Assembly: GCA_951406725.2 (NCBI GenBank)
Contig: OX597834.1
Coordinates: 25,358,001-25,422,000, forward strand
Length of the DNA: 64,000 nt
Direction of reading: 5' to 3'
From: Octopus vulgaris
Lineage: Eukaryota
Shown: positions 43,809 through 58,709 of the stretch, piece after piece
How positions within the stretch are numbered: position 1 is the first letter of the stretch
Layout of the letters: each line of letters opens with the position of its first letter
Position numbers and translations under genes: made by a program
Notes under the pieces: model-generated
The model's database searches: none
The model's input: the letters and a program-made list of their open reading frames with translations, nothing else
What the model was told of the DNA's origin: nothing

Positions 43809-43877
43809 ATATATATATATATATATAACATGATGTATATAACACTTATAATGTATATACAGCTGGTTAACATACTG

Positions 43878-43908
<31 letters not shown>

Positions 43909-44087
43909 GATATAGGATAAACATTTTTTCGGGAATAAATTTTATCAATGGCCAGCATATCAAAAAATGCTTTTAAAGGTAAAATTTATACATAATTTAC
44001 AAGATAAGGGCAGAAGAAAAATTCTAATGCCAGATACGCCAAAACAAAAAAAAAGAAGAAATTTTCTTCTGCCCCTATCTTGTAAAT

Positions 44088-44142
<55 letters not shown>

Positions 44143-44594
44143 TGAGCAGCACTAGAGGTAAGCTTTTGTATCAGAGGAACTTCTCATCGAGACTTATGTT
44201 GAAGAACATACTCAGAATATCGTTGCCGGATCGTCAAAACCAGTGCTTCGACCTCATTTAGTCATTTCGATGATGACCACATCCGGACATTCTCAGCAAA
44301 ACCGAAAAAGTATTCGTTCCGTTATCTTAATCTTATACTGTTTCAAATATAAATAATTAAATAAATTCTTATGTCATCTCTTTTACATATATTTTATACA
44401 TTCCTTTATTCATTTAATAATTTCTTCCCCAAAGCTTACTCAGTTTCAACAATGTTGAGAAATACAATAATTTTGTCTATTTTGTTTCACACTCATATAC
44501 ATATATAAATTTCATAATCTTCATTAAGGGGCTTTCTTTCTTAACTTTTCTTTCCTAACTTTCTTTCTTAACATAAATTTATTAACTCTATACA

Positions 44595-44766
44595 GGCGCA
44601 GGAGTGGCTGTGTGGTAAGTAGCTTGCTAACCAACCACATGGTTCCGGGTTCAGTCCCACTGCGTGGCATCTTGGGCAAGTGTCTTCTGCTATAGCCCCC
44701 GGGCCGACCAATGCCTTGTGAGTGGATTTGGTAGACGGAAACTGAAAGAAGCCTGTCGTATATATG

Positions 44767-44799
<33 letters not shown>

Positions 44800-45017
44800 T
44801 TGTGTGTCTGTGTTTGTCCCCCTAGCATTGCTTGACAACCGATGCTGGTGTGTTTACGTCCCCGTTACTTAGCGGTTCGGCAAAAAAGAGACCGATAGAA
44901 TAAGTACTGGGCTTACAAAAGAATAAGTCCCGGGGTAGAGTTGCTCAATTAAAGGCGGTGCTCCAGCATGGCCGCAGTCAAATGACTGAAACAAGTAAAA
45001 GAGTAAAAGAGTAAAAG
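44595..45017 (+). mobile_element. SINE-A
   Basis: Full-length family match. Confidence 0.92.
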
Positions 45018-46729
45018 TATAACGTTTTATGGTTCCGTGGTGATCAAATTTCATTCGTTCCTACTTAATAATGCATGTCATTTGAGTTATAAGTATTCAA
45101 TTAATCCTTCCTGGATTTCTTTTCCCTGGAACCAAACCTTGGATAGAATGTTTTTTCTATGTTAATGGTTAGAATTCACTGTTTCCTACTCTGTCCGCTT
45201 CCGTGTATTTTTTATTGCCATTTTATCGTAATTCAGTTAATTCTCCTTCAACAAAACCATCACAATTAATTGTCTCTTCACCTTCCTTGGTTTTACTTCA
45301 AAGGAAAATGAATCAAATCTTTTGTTTTTGTCGATTTCTAACGATAATAAGCGTCAAAAATATGTTTTGTTACATGAACAAGAAATTTATGATAACTCAA
45401 GCATGCTGAGAAATAGTTTGAAGTAAATTTGCTCGAAAATTTTTCAATTTTTCAGTAAATGACTTTAATATTGTTTCACAATCAATCAATTTTAAGAATT
45501 TTCCTTCGGCTTGAAATGTTATCTCATTAAGTTTCCGAAATATCCAAGCTAGATAATCTGTTAGTTTTATGTTTTCTTATTTCTTTAACTACGACTCCGT
45601 CCTCTTCATACTCTTCAAAATTAACTTTGATATCAAAAAGACTCATAAATCTTTCGAAGCAATTTCCTTTGGAGTGCGGAATGATTTCCCGTAAGTAAAA
45701 GAAGTCTTACCGTCTATTATGATCAAAACATTACTTCCTGAACATATGATTATATTTGTGGTGTGTAATTTAATTTACTGATTGCTTTATTAATTAAATG
45801 AAATAACGTATAACTAAATTCATTTTTTAGTCTAAAAAACTGTCTCTATAAATAATATAGTGTAATGATACCAAAACATTATGTCTTCAAATTTTCTACG
45901 AGGTTTCATACTTTACATCCATATGGGTACCATCATCATTATTTTACAATCGAAACCAAATTTTTGAAGGGAATTTTATTAACTTGAAACCAAAAACTTA
46001 AAGCAATACAAGTAGATTATTCTTCAGCAGCAGAATTTTCTAGGCATTAAACTCTAAAAACAGAAGAGGTTTGCAAAAGAAAAAAAATGCGAGACATTCT
46101 ATTCTCAATTCGATGTTCATAACAATCTTCACCTTTCGTCGTGAATGTTGGATTTTCCGCCAAAAGAGTACGATTTATGGCTTCCTGGGTATTGGACCAG
46201 TGATCTAGCTTTATTATTTCCTTAAGTTTAGGTATATAATTATCTAGAATAATTTTATGTAATCTACCCAGGTCAGAACTGCCTGGGCAAATTAATCTAA
46301 CTTTAGGATTGGAGAAGATGTTATCTTTATGATCTTCCATGTAATTCTGAGCCTCCTGAGCACAAGAGGCTCAGTTCTGTTATCAAAATCATAATCACAC
46401 AGAATTTTCTTAGCTTCTAAGTTAATAGCTCCTAAGACATTCTTACTACTTTATAGTTACTAGTAATCTCATTTTCCATTAATTCATGATATTTATAAAT
46501 ATCCATATGATATAAATTACTAGTTTTGCCTGAAAACACAATAATTCTATTTTTGCTCTTATTTATAAGTTCACATACTAAAGCCTTCATTTTCAACAAA
46601 TGTTCATTGACAAACTATGTATTCTTGATGATGTTCCATATATCCTTCTCAAAGGCCTCCAAATGGCGGTTAGGCGGTGGAAATTTTATGGTTTTGAAGT
46701 TCTTTTTATAATGGACATATTTACTAAGT

Positions 46730-47020
46730 AAGAAAACAGACTTCAGGAAACATTTTTTCAAGCTGAGAGTTGCTGAAGCATGGAACAAACTGCCGGCATC
46801 GGTTGTTAGTTGTCGGAGCACTGCATCCTTCAAAACTTCCATGCTTCCTGAGATTCGCCAACACTACACTTGATTTTCTCCCCTCCATACACACACAAGC
46901 AAGTATCTGACTCATACACTGTTCACTTTCCAGACATTTCTACATTACTGCATGTACTTTATATGCACTTTCTGACAAGTTGTGGTGCACCTGAGCACTG
47001 TATACAATAATTTCATTATT
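46730..47020 (+). mobile_element. CR1/L2-group LINE 3' end
   Basis: FRKHFFKLRVAEAWNKLPASVV...SFK followed by a stop, 3' UTR and short (ATT) tail. Confidence 0.8.
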
Positions 47021-47539
47021 ATATATAAATTTCCTAATCTTTATTAAGAGGCTTTCTTTCTTTGACAATATCCTTTCGTGGGGAAAAATGATCTGACTAA
47101 TTCTATGCATGAAGGCGACAGTCTTAGTAAGGTCTTTCTTAAAGTGGTGCCTCAGCTTGGCCACAGTGTAATGACTGAAACAATTAAAAGAATAAGCATT
47201 TCAAATCACAACAATTTTAATTGCTCCAGCATTATTTTATGTTAAAATTGCTTCGTTTTCGAAAAGTAGACCAATCTTAAGCTTTCGATGTTAAAATCTT
47301 GCAGAATTTTCAAAAGAAATATATAATTATGTGTGTATGTAAGCATTCTTTTATTTACGAGTTGTCGTTATGTAAGAGAGTAAACATTTGAAAGTCTATT
47401 TTAATGTTAAGAAATATAAACGCTAATTGAGTGGTTGAATTAAGTAGAAAAATAATGACGGAAATCATTGTGTCCGTTCTTGAAACAAGGACAAATACGA
47501 AAATTAGGAATCATTGAAACACTAAAGGAAAAAAATCAA

Positions 47540-48015
<476 letters not shown>

Positions 48016-48454
48016 AAAAATTTAAAGGACTTCCTTTTAATTATGCAAGAAGTGAGTAGTGTGTTTAATTCTGATTAAGCTACACAAAATTAACAGACAC
48101 GATCCTAATGTTGTAAAAAGCGAGTATTGTGTGATTGTGTGTGTAACTATGATGAAACCACTGGAGGTGCTTGCAATGATGACACCAGCACCACCATCAA
48201 TACCACTCCCCCACTTCGCCTAACTGCACCTCTCATTGGTCAATTTCTTTTGACGTTATCAACATAATAACATAGACTCCTAAAAACTATTTCAATACAT
48301 GATGAATAATTCGAAAATAATTTTTATTCTAATCCTTTCCTGAAAAAATTCACCCGTCCACTCAGTCATTCTCTCCCACTTGCGATCCCAAGTATTTTAA
48401 TTTTGCTCCAGATTAAATGTCCTCGTTGAGGAACTCTCAACAATGCGCCCTTAA

Positions 48455-49035
48455 ATATGGTTCTGATTATAAATATCTTGGGTCATACATATCATCATCT
48501 GGAAAAGACTTTCTAACTAGAAAGGGTATGGCCTGGTCAGCCTGTAATGACATGCATAAGATCTGGTCATCAAATCTAAGTAGAGACTTCAAACTTGAAA
48601 TCTTCAAAGCCACAGTCGAACCAATTTTACTATATGGCTCAGAAACCTGGACGCTATCAAAGAAGCTTGAGAGGCGGTTGGATGGAACCTACACTCGCCT
48701 CCTTATGAGAGCTCAAAATCTCTCGTGGAAGCGCCATCCAACCAAAATGCAAATATATGGGAAACTACCACCTGTGTCACTCTTGTGAAAGGTAGGAGAG
48801 TCCAGTTTGCTGGACATTGTTGTAGAGCTGAAAAAGAAGTAATTTCTACTCTTCTCCTCTGGAAGCCATCTACTCGCAATACCAGAGGGCGCACACTCTC
48901 CTACCCTGATGTAATCTCCAGGGATACAGGCATCCAGCAACAGGACCTCCGTAATGCCATGATGGACCGTGAAGTCTGGCGTAGCATGGTAAATTCCATT
49001 GTCTCGACCACGGTCGAACAATGATGATGATGATG
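48455..49035 (+). mobile_element. RTE-clade LINE 3' end
   Basis: YKYLGS, ILLYGSETW, FAGHC, MMDREVWR. One frameshift near 48780 and a (TGA)n tail. Confidence 0.9.
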
Positions 49036-49039
49036 TTCC

Positions 49040-49340
49040 TTCGGTACAACTAAGCTCTGTAGATTGAATTTTGTGAATTGATCAATGATGAATTTCGTCT
49101 TCTCCAAGATGGGATCCGTATTTCCCACTTCAGATCGTCGGAGTTGTTCAGTTTTTCTTCCTCTTTTTCTTTGATGCTGTTGTCGCCAGGACATGCTTTG
49201 TCGATTATCATGCATGTTCTTTCTTTTTTATTGCCCCAACAATGTCCGGTTTCCGATGTCTGCTCAGATGATCGTACTAAATCACTGCATCCCACAGCGT
49301 TTTGCAATCCTCATTCTCGGTTACTCCTTCTGCGTTTGCT
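49040..49340 (-). mobile_element. R4/Dong-type endonuclease fragment
   Basis: KTLWD..RKPDIV..KERTCMIIDKACPGD..KEEEK..DLKWEI, next to (TAT)n. Confidence 0.75.
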
Positions 49341-49365
49341 CTATTATTATCATTATTATTATTAC

Positions 49366-49440
<75 letters not shown>

Positions 49441-49453
49441 CATTATTATTATT

Positions 49454-49503
<50 letters not shown>

Positions 49504-49553
49504 TATTACTATTATTATTATTATTATTATTATTACTATTATTACTATTATTA

Positions 49554-49593
<40 letters not shown>

Positions 49594-49595
49594 CA

Positions 49596-49662
<67 letters not shown>

Positions 49663-49709
49663 TATTACTATTATTATTATTATTATTATTACTATTATTA
49701 CTATTATTA

Positions 49710-49773
<64 letters not shown>

Positions 49774-49775
49774 CA

Positions 49776-49833
<58 letters not shown>

Positions 49834-49943
49834 TATTACTATTATTATTATTATTATTATTACTATTATTACTATTATTATCATTATTATTATTATCATT
49901 ATTATTATTATTATTATCATTATTATTATTATTATTATTATTA

Positions 49944-49980
<37 letters not shown>

Positions 49981-50090
49981 TACTATTATTGTTGTTGTTG
50001 TTATTGTTGTTGTTGTTGCTGTTATTATTATTATTATCATTATTATTATTATCATCATCATCACCACTATTATTATTACTATTATTATTA
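49341..50090. repeat. Long (TAT)n array with higher-order variant pattern
   Basis: Recurring CAT/TAC interruptions. Confidence 0.95.
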
Positions 50091-50099
50091 AATAGACAA

Positions 50100-50502
50100 T
50101 AAGAAGAGTGCGAGGCAATTGTAATAGATTGTTTATTGGTTTGAACAATATTTCGACAGCTCGCCTGTCCTTTTCAAGCTGGAAAAAAGAATGGTAACAC
50201 GGAATCAGAAAACTCCATGTTTATTGAAAATGACGATAATCAAATCTGATATAACTGGATTCATATTCTACATACATTTCCTGGTATCTGCTTGTTGGAA
50301 ATTTAACCTTATGTCTTTATGCTGAGTGCTTTCTTGATACCTGCCAGGAGTTTTTAATCCCATTCTTCTGGTATATGTGTGTGTGCGTGTGTGTATTTGC
50401 ATGTATGTGTGTATGCGTGCATATTTGTATGTGTATAAGTATGTAGGTATGTATGTAAATGTGTGTGTTTGCACGCATGTATAAATGTACAAATGTCCAT
50501 AG

Positions 50503-50587
<85 letters not shown>

Positions 50588-51790
50588 CACAGATAGACAC
50601 ACAGACAGACAAGCAAAGAGATGTGTTTATGTGTAATAGTGAGAGTTGTAAATATGGTCGATTAACTGAAAACTGTTAATTACGAAGAAAATACCTCGTG
50701 TAATATTTGTTCCGTCTGAATTACGATGACAATCACTTGTCATTTTCCTTGATATAAAAAATATATAAAAAGAAAATAAGCAGTATTATACACTGTAAAA
50801 GAGATTTTTTGCGATATGTTTGTTCTCATATCTCGTTTTGATATCATTTCTGCATGATATACTGCTCTGACAAACGGAAGTGACATGCTGATATATGCTG
50901 CAGTTTCAACTAAAGACTACTTCATAGGAGTATTATCAAATTCACGCTTCTTGAAGGTCCAAATGTACTGCGATAGTGATGGGGAAATTATTTTGTTTTT
51001 GTTACTGAAGGAGTGGAACCTTGTTCGTGTGTGTGTATGTGTGTGTGTGTGTGTACTTCCTTTTAATTGTGTTTTCAGTAATCCCAATATTATTTCTCTA
51101 GGCAGAGTTTTAAGGCGACATATTAACTCCTTTGACTCGTACCTTTGTACAACACCCGACAATGAGCAAAGAGAACATCATATTGCTGTAAATTACATTC
51201 GGGTAGCGACTTTTACTTCTTCCTTTGTAGTTAGATATATATTACTTCCAGTTATCAGAATGGCGGTGTTTTCCATACAACGATAGTTCAGCATTACGTT
51301 GTATTTATTGAACAGTTTGTGGTAGCTGTGGTTGGTGGAGGAATGTTTTCATTAACATTGAGAACTGTCTGGCTATTCTAAACGCTATATTCATACTAAA
51401 GGACTGATTTACTAGCTTTTTTATTCTTTTTTTTTTGTGTTGTTATTCTGTGAGCTTCATCATTACTATTATATATATTCCTGTTTCTCTTTTAAGTTTG
51501 TTTCTTTTTTTTTTTTTGTTCAGCACCTACTTATAATAATGTGCGGCAGCATGATTAAATATGGTTTTGTCGTAGAATATATTAGATGTTATCTTATTAA
51601 TGTCACAGACATCTAATGAATGTAAGCAGACGGTTAGAATTTCTGTTAATATATCTTCGTTTGGCTTTTCTATAACATCTGACGTGACATCTAAAAAATT
51701 GGACGGTGCTTAGATTAGTTCCAACGGAAATTTTTAGAGATTTAATTTCCTTAAATGTTTCAGTTAGTTCCTGGGTGGCATACATTTAGC
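50100..51790 (-). mobile_element. Degraded PLE (second lineage), 3' portion
   Basis: FLDVT / YINRNSN thumb, IGITENTIKR, SLSQYIWTFKK. Hammerhead-like TTGAAAA-g-GACAG.GCGAG.CTGTC-GAAA at 50144-50180. Confidence 0.55.
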
Positions 51791-52091
51791 AAGTGATTTG
51801 ATCTGAGATTTTGTGTTGAGAGAGAAGCCACTGCATCATAAGAGAATCTTCAAAGACAGTGAATTTATATATATATTTATATTATAGGGAGAGGGGGAGG
51901 TTGGGAGAAAGAAAGAAAGTGCAAGTAGCCTTTGTATATTGACTGCATCGGATTGAATATTTTACAGTATTTCGAATCTTTACACTCTGGGTTCAAATCC
52001 CGCCTTTGTCAATTTTGCTCTTATCATTTTTTATCAAGACCAATAGTCGACAAGTGAAGTAAGCCATGTTTCTCGTTTCAAGAGTCAAGTC

Positions 52092-52162
<71 letters not shown>

Positions 52163-52550
52163 CGTGCGTGCGTGTGTGTGTACGTGTGTGTGTAGTGCGT
52201 GTGCATGTACGCGTACGTGTGTGAGCGTGTGTGTCTCCTATGTCGTAGACTCTCAACTCCCGATTAAGACATTATAGCAATATACAAGTCTGTCTTGGAC
52301 ATCTGAATCTGACGATGCCTATCCTTATCCTGTGTTGACCGCGTTCAATATCTTTCACAGAGATAAACAGTATAATCTGAGAAGAATTGCTCCAACAGTG
52401 TTACATTATTTATCAACCATAAAATAACGGAAGCAAAGTTAAAGTTGGTGTTATTTAAACTCGGGGTGCAGTGAACTAGGAAACGAATATCCAGCGATCT
52501 AACGATTTAGCTCGTTTGCCAGTTTACCAGTTTGCTGACACCTCTTTCTT

Positions 52551-52777
52551 CTTTCTTTACTACCCACAAGGGGCTAAACACAGAGGGGCCAAACAAGGAC
52601 AGACAAACGGATTAAGTCGATTACATCGACCCCAGTGCGTAACTGGTTCTTAATTTATCGACCCAGAAAGGATGAAAGGCAAAGTCGACCTCGGCGGAAT
52701 TTGAACTCAGGACGTAACGGCAGACGAAATATGGCTACGCATTTCGCCCGACGTGCTAACGCTTCTGCCAGCTCGCC
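52551..52777 (-). mobile_element. SINE-B
   Basis: Near full-length family match. Confidence 0.9.
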
Positions 52778-53323
52778 TGTATATCATGCATCTGTATCGT
52801 GCCGTTTGATGCTAGAAGGCTGGAATATGTTGTATATTTGTTTGCCTTCTTTTAATTATGCTTTCTGTGGCCATTCTTAATCTGTTACTAGTAATTATAT
52901 AAACCAATTCTAAGTTGCTTTTGTGATGGGATCGTCGGTGAATAAATAAGCATCTTCACTATTGGGTCTAACCCCAGCGTGTGGAGTGTGGGTGGACACA
53001 CAGACAGGACTCAACAAGGAATAATCAACATTGACTGCCCATTAAACCTGCCAATGGTGCAGGTGCCCATCAGAGACCTGTTAAGTCTTGTATAACTGAC
53101 TCTCGTGACAATCCCTACACCAGATTGTCAGTGGAAAGACAGACCCTTGAAGTATTGCCCTTCCACTGACCCAGAAAGATCTTGACAAGAGGAACCCCTT
53201 AATAAATGCAAGGGCCAGTCCAGGCTAAAATCAGATTATCGCTATCTGATTTTGTATTATTGGAAATTAAAGACATGTCTAATATATTCAATCAACTTTT
53301 CTTACAATAGACTATCACAGTCA

Positions 53324-53790
53324 CAATATTAGACCAAGGCCTGTCTTTGATGGACTTAATTGTCTACATGTACTTGTCTAACTAATATTAGACCCAGATC
53401 TATCTCTGATGGACTTAATTGTCTACATGTACCTGTCTAACTAATATTAGACCCAGATCTATCTGTGATGGACTTAATTGTCTATATGTACCTGTCTAAC
53501 TAATATTAGACCCAGATCTATCTGTGATGGACTTAATTGTCTATATGTACCTGTCTAACTAATATTAGACATAGATCTATCTCTGATGGACTTAATTGTC
53601 TATATGTACCTGTCTAACTAATATTAGACCCAGATCTATATCTGATGGACTTAATTGTCTATATGTACCTGTCTAACTAATATTAGACCCAGATCTATTT
53701 CTGATGGACTTAATTGTCTACATGTACCTGTCGACCCAGATCTATCTCTGATGGACTTAATTGTCTATATGTACCTGCCTAACTAACAGT
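53324..53790. repeat. 59-bp tandem repeat, ~8 copies
   Basis: Unit taatattagacccagatctatctctgatggacttaattgtctatatgtacctgtctaac at 53383, 53442, 53501 and so on. Confidence 0.92.
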
Positions 53791-54444
53791 AGACTACCAC
53801 AGCCATGATCTGTTCTTAATGTTGTTTACTGTCTATGTGTAACTTTTTAACGTTAGTCCATTCTTTGCCCACCCTGGGTATTAACCTTCATTCCTAAAAA
53901 CCATACAATTTTTCAAAGAGTTCGTTTCATATTTTCTTTCTCCAGACTTACATTTAATCTTACGTGAAAAGTTATCAGCAAAATCTTGCTTATTATGATT
54001 TCTAAATATTATTATTATTATTATTATTATTTTTCTCATTTTTATTTTAATTTTTTACTTATTTAGTTATTTGGTTTCCTTTTTTGCAATTTTCAAATAA
54101 CAAAGAAAAATTGTCCTGCCCCTGGAGGAACTTCACTGAGGAGAAGAAAAGAAGCAAAATATTTTTAAATGACTAAATTTTCTTTTCTTTCTTTTAAAAA
54201 ACAGTAAAATGTATTTAAGTAAAAATTGTGCAAAAAACAATAAGAGACAGGGAGAGAGAAAGAGAGAGAGAGAGAGAGGGGAAGAAAGAGAGAGAAGAGA
54301 GAAAGAACAAGAGTTATTACCACAAAACTATTTTCTTTAATTGGTTTGGTGAAATATTGAATTTTAACAAATTTTTCAATCAAAACTCCATTGAGAGATC
54401 AAATTCTAAAATCACTGTACTCAATGGCCGCAAGATATGAACGA

Positions 54445-54885
54445 GAAGAAGAAGAAGAAGAAGAAGAAGAAGAAGAAGAAGAAGAAGAAGAAGAAGAAGA
54501 AGAAGAAGAAGAAGAAGAAGAAGAAGAAGAACAACAACAACAACAACAACAACAACAAGACAAACAAAAACAGAACTAGTAAAACCGTCCGTTGGTGAAG
54601 GAGGGAGAGGAGTGTAGGATGGAAGGGGAGAGATGAGAGGAAAGGGGGGTAGGAGAAATGAGAAACGGGAGAGGAGGAGAGGCGGGATAGGAGGGATTGG
54701 GGAGAGGAGGAGGAGGAGATGTGAGGAAGAAAATGAAGAATGAAGAAGAAGGAGGAGGAGGAGGGGAGAAGAAGAAGAAGAAGAAGAAGAAGAAGAAGAA
54801 GAAGAAGAAGAAAAAGAAAGAAGAAGAAGAAGAAGAAGAAGAAGAAGAAGAAGAAGAAGAAGAAGAAGAAGAAGAAGAAGAAATG
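54445..54885. repeat. (GAA)n/(CAA)n and polypurine tract
   Basis: Direct reading. Confidence 0.9.
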
Positions 54886-55301
54886 AAAAAATTGGAGAAG
54901 AAAGAATTTTGTGAAATCTTAAAATCCAGAAGGCCCCTGGAGTTATAATATTTCCAAGAATTTTCAGATTTACAAAACAAAAAAGAACAAAAGGAGGAAA
55001 AAAGATGTGAAAGAAATGAGAAACCACATTCAGTGGGAAAATGAACAAGATTCAAGAGTGGAATTGAAATTAAATGCGTGTGTGTGTGTGTGTGCGCACA
55101 CGCATGCGCGTGTATCCGTGCATATATGTATGTGGGTGTGGCTGTGTATATGTATGTATGTATGTATGTGTGGCTACATGTATATGTATGTATGTATGTA
55201 TGTATACATATATATATATATATATGTATGTATATGAATATACACACATATATATATATAAACATACACAGATATAGACACATACATATTTATGTACACA
55301 T

Positions 55302-55335
<34 letters not shown>

Positions 55336-55424
55336 GCATACATATATTTATGTATATAAATACATATACATACATATATATGTGTATGCATATGTATACA
55401 TATATATACATATGCATACATACT

Positions 55425-55492
<68 letters not shown>

Positions 55493-55589
55493 TATATATG
55501 TATGTATATATGTATGTATATATGTATATGTATGTATTTCTTTTGTCAGATATATATATATATACACACACACACATATATATATATAC

Positions 55590-55653
<64 letters not shown>

Positions 55654-55699
55654 GTACGTATATATATGTATTTCTTTTGCTAGATTCTTGATGTGAAAT

Positions 55700-57458
55700 T
55701 GTGTGTTGAAGCATATATTGTTATATTTGGGATTGGGCACATTTTTCTCAATTACACACACACGCACTACATACTTGATTTTCACTGCAGGTTTATTATC
55801 ATTCTTATTTTTTTGTCCTCTGTCTAAGCTCCTTCGTCACACATCCTGTGACCTCTTCACCAACTTTTTATCCCATATTTCTTCTCTTGTTCTGTGTAGT
55901 CCATACTGTCTTTCTGCGGCGTGTATTATTATCTGCACATGCGTTTGTGTGTGTGTGTGTATGTGTGTGTTTGTTTGTGTGTGTACATGGCTATGTGTTT
56001 TGTATGTGTTGTACGCGTGTATATTTTTTTGCCTACAACACCGTTTGTGCCTGTCTTTTATTTTGTTTATTCATTTATTTACTTATTCAATTTTTCTCAT
56101 TCTGTCTTTAGTATGGGTATGGCTTGTATATGGGTCTGTGCATTATACTGTTTGTGTCTGTGTTCTTTTCTTTTTTCTTTTCTTCATTCTGTCTTTAGTT
56201 GTCAGGTTGCGTAGTGCTGTGGAGTGGACGGATGTTATTATTCCATTCATGTTGTCTGTTGAGGCTCAGTCTGTCTGTTACTGTGTGTAGCCTCTGTAAC
56301 CTGTGTAAGTGTCGTGTCTGTTCAATATCTCTCTTTTACTCTTTTACTTGTTTCAGTCATTTGACTGCGGTCATGCTGGAGCACCGCCTTTAATTGAGCA
56401 ACTCTACCCCGGGACTTATTCTTTCGTAAGCCCAGTACTTATTCTATCGGTCTATTTTGCCGAACCGCTAAGTGACGGGGACATAAACACACCAGCATCG
56501 GTTGTCAAGCAATGCTAGGGGGACAAACACAGACACACAAACACACACACGCATATATATATACATATATATGACGGGCTTCTTTCAGTTTCCGTCTACC
56601 AAATCCACTCACAAGGCTTTGGTCGGCCCGAGGCTATAGTAAAAGACACTTGCCCAAGGTGCCACGCAGTGGGACTGAACCCGGAACCATGTGGTTGGTA
56701 AACAAGCTACTTACCACACAGCCACTCCTGCGCCTATATCAACATTTATGTCATTTAAGAGCCGCTATGTTCTAATTGAACATGTTAGTAGAGCACTGAT
56801 AAGCTTTTCTCCTCCTTGACCTCCCGCCATTAGTTACCTGTCTGTTCACCTATGCTACATGCTGTCTCTCCATCGTATGTCACTGTCCTGTTTCTACACC
56901 ATCCCTCTGAACACCATATACTATAGACTACATTCCTAATCTTACAGTTTACTTGTGGGTTCATCATACACACTATGCAGCAACTGTATCTTGTGTAGAA
57001 TGACTCCAGAGCGAAACTGTAACATTTGGAATGTAGTCTATAGTATATGGTGTACTGAGCGACAGTGCAGAAACATACATTGAGAAAACAGCATGTAGAA
57101 TGAGAAAAAAATAAATAAGTAAATAAACGAATAAAGAAAATAACTGGTACAAACAGTGAAAGCAAACTCATACACACACACATAATACACATAGTAAATA
57201 CATAAACACACATGCACGCATACACAGATGCGCACACACACGCACATATATACGCACAAACACAATCACACAAACACACACGTACACACGCATACATACA
57301 AGCAGATACAGATACAGACACAACCACATTGCAGATAAGGTTACATACCAGAGAAAGACAGAATGAAATAAACAGAACAAGAAGAGATACATAGGATAAA
57401 GGGTTGCTGAAGAGGTCACAGGATGTGTGCTGAAAGAGCCGAGACAAAGGACACTAAA

Positions 57459-57547
<89 letters not shown>

Positions 57548-57650
57548 GATAATGATAATAATAAAGGTGAAGTGAAAACCAAGTATATAATCCATGTATT
57601 TAATTCGCAAAAAATATCACCATCCCCCAATATAACAAATATATATTCAT
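55700..57650. repeat. Diverged inverted pair (55700-56160 / 57040-57650) with outward-facing hammerhead-like motifs
   Basis: 55821-55865 (-) GTGAAGA-g-GTCACA.GGATG.TGTGAC-GAAG and 57403-57445 (+) CTGAAGA-ggtcacaggatgtgtgct-GAAA. Both outer ends run into (AT)n. Confidence 0.7.
56328..56735 (-). mobile_element. SINE-A
   Basis: Full-length family match. Confidence 0.92.
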
Positions 57651-57669
57651 ACATACTTACATACATACA

Positions 57670-57802
<133 letters not shown>

Positions 57803-57987
57803 TCACACACTCACGCAGAACCAAACACGCACATGTCATATATATATTTGGATAAGTATATAGATGGATTGATATTTGATAAACATGTATTTATATGTGT
57901 CTGTGTATGTGTGTGTATGTGTGTATATGTGAGTATACGTGTGTGTGCACGCGCACAAGTGCGTATGCATGTGTGTGTATGTATATA

Positions 57988-58023
<36 letters not shown>

Positions 58024-58487
58024 TGTATGTATGTATGCCTGTATTTATGTATATATATATATATATAGTTAGCTATCTGTTTATATGAGTGTGTGCATTT
58101 CTATGTATGCATGTATGTATATACATGTGTTTATGTGTACATATACATAACTATGTACGTATATAAGTATGCATGTATATATGTATGTACATAAGTATGT
58201 GCATATAAAAGAAAGTGGTTATATCTAATGAAAAAGTACTGCAGCTATGAGGACGAGTGAAACAATACTTCAAAATAATTTTAAAAAATAATGAAAATTA
58301 TCTCAGCTTTGTTAGGGGGAGATAAGAAGTGGTGGCAGGAGCATAAATATCAAATTAACATGTATTTATTTCTTATGTTGAATATATATATATGTGTGTT
58401 TATTTGTTTTTTTATATACGTGATTGTAAAATATCATGTACATATACGTTCATTTACGTTTGTGTGTATACATATATAAGTGTATGC

Positions 58488-58532
<45 letters not shown>

Positions 58533-58709
58533 TAAGAAAGTTTGTTTGGTAAAGCACGTGGGTGAATATATAAGAAAATAGTAAAGTGTGAAAAAACGAC
58601 AGAAGGCTTAAATGTTAAAAGATATATATATTTGTGTCAAAATGTCTGGAGAATATTGGAAAAATTTTTTTTCCCCTTTCCTTAAAATGACATAATTTTT
58701 AAATTTTTA

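Larger units (their letters stand above)
44140..47115 (-). mobile_element. Highly degraded PLE (second lineage) with nested SINE-A and CR1 fragment
   Basis: LEAFEKDIWNIIK, GKTSNLY, DHKDN..NPKVRLICP.SSDLGR..KIILD..WSNT. The 3' end abuts (AT)n. Limits are approximate. Confidence 0.6.

Noticed and set aside
53324-53790. CRISPR-like array
   Set aside because: Units are contiguous with no unique spacers, there are no cas genes, and the context is eukaryotic.
54391-54948. Poly-E/K/Q protein exon
   Set aside because: (GAA)n/(CAA)n repeat with no splice or domain support.
55703-57447. Two similar 195/205-aa ORFs as paralogous proteins
   Set aside because: Low-complexity antisense readings of the inverted repeat arms.
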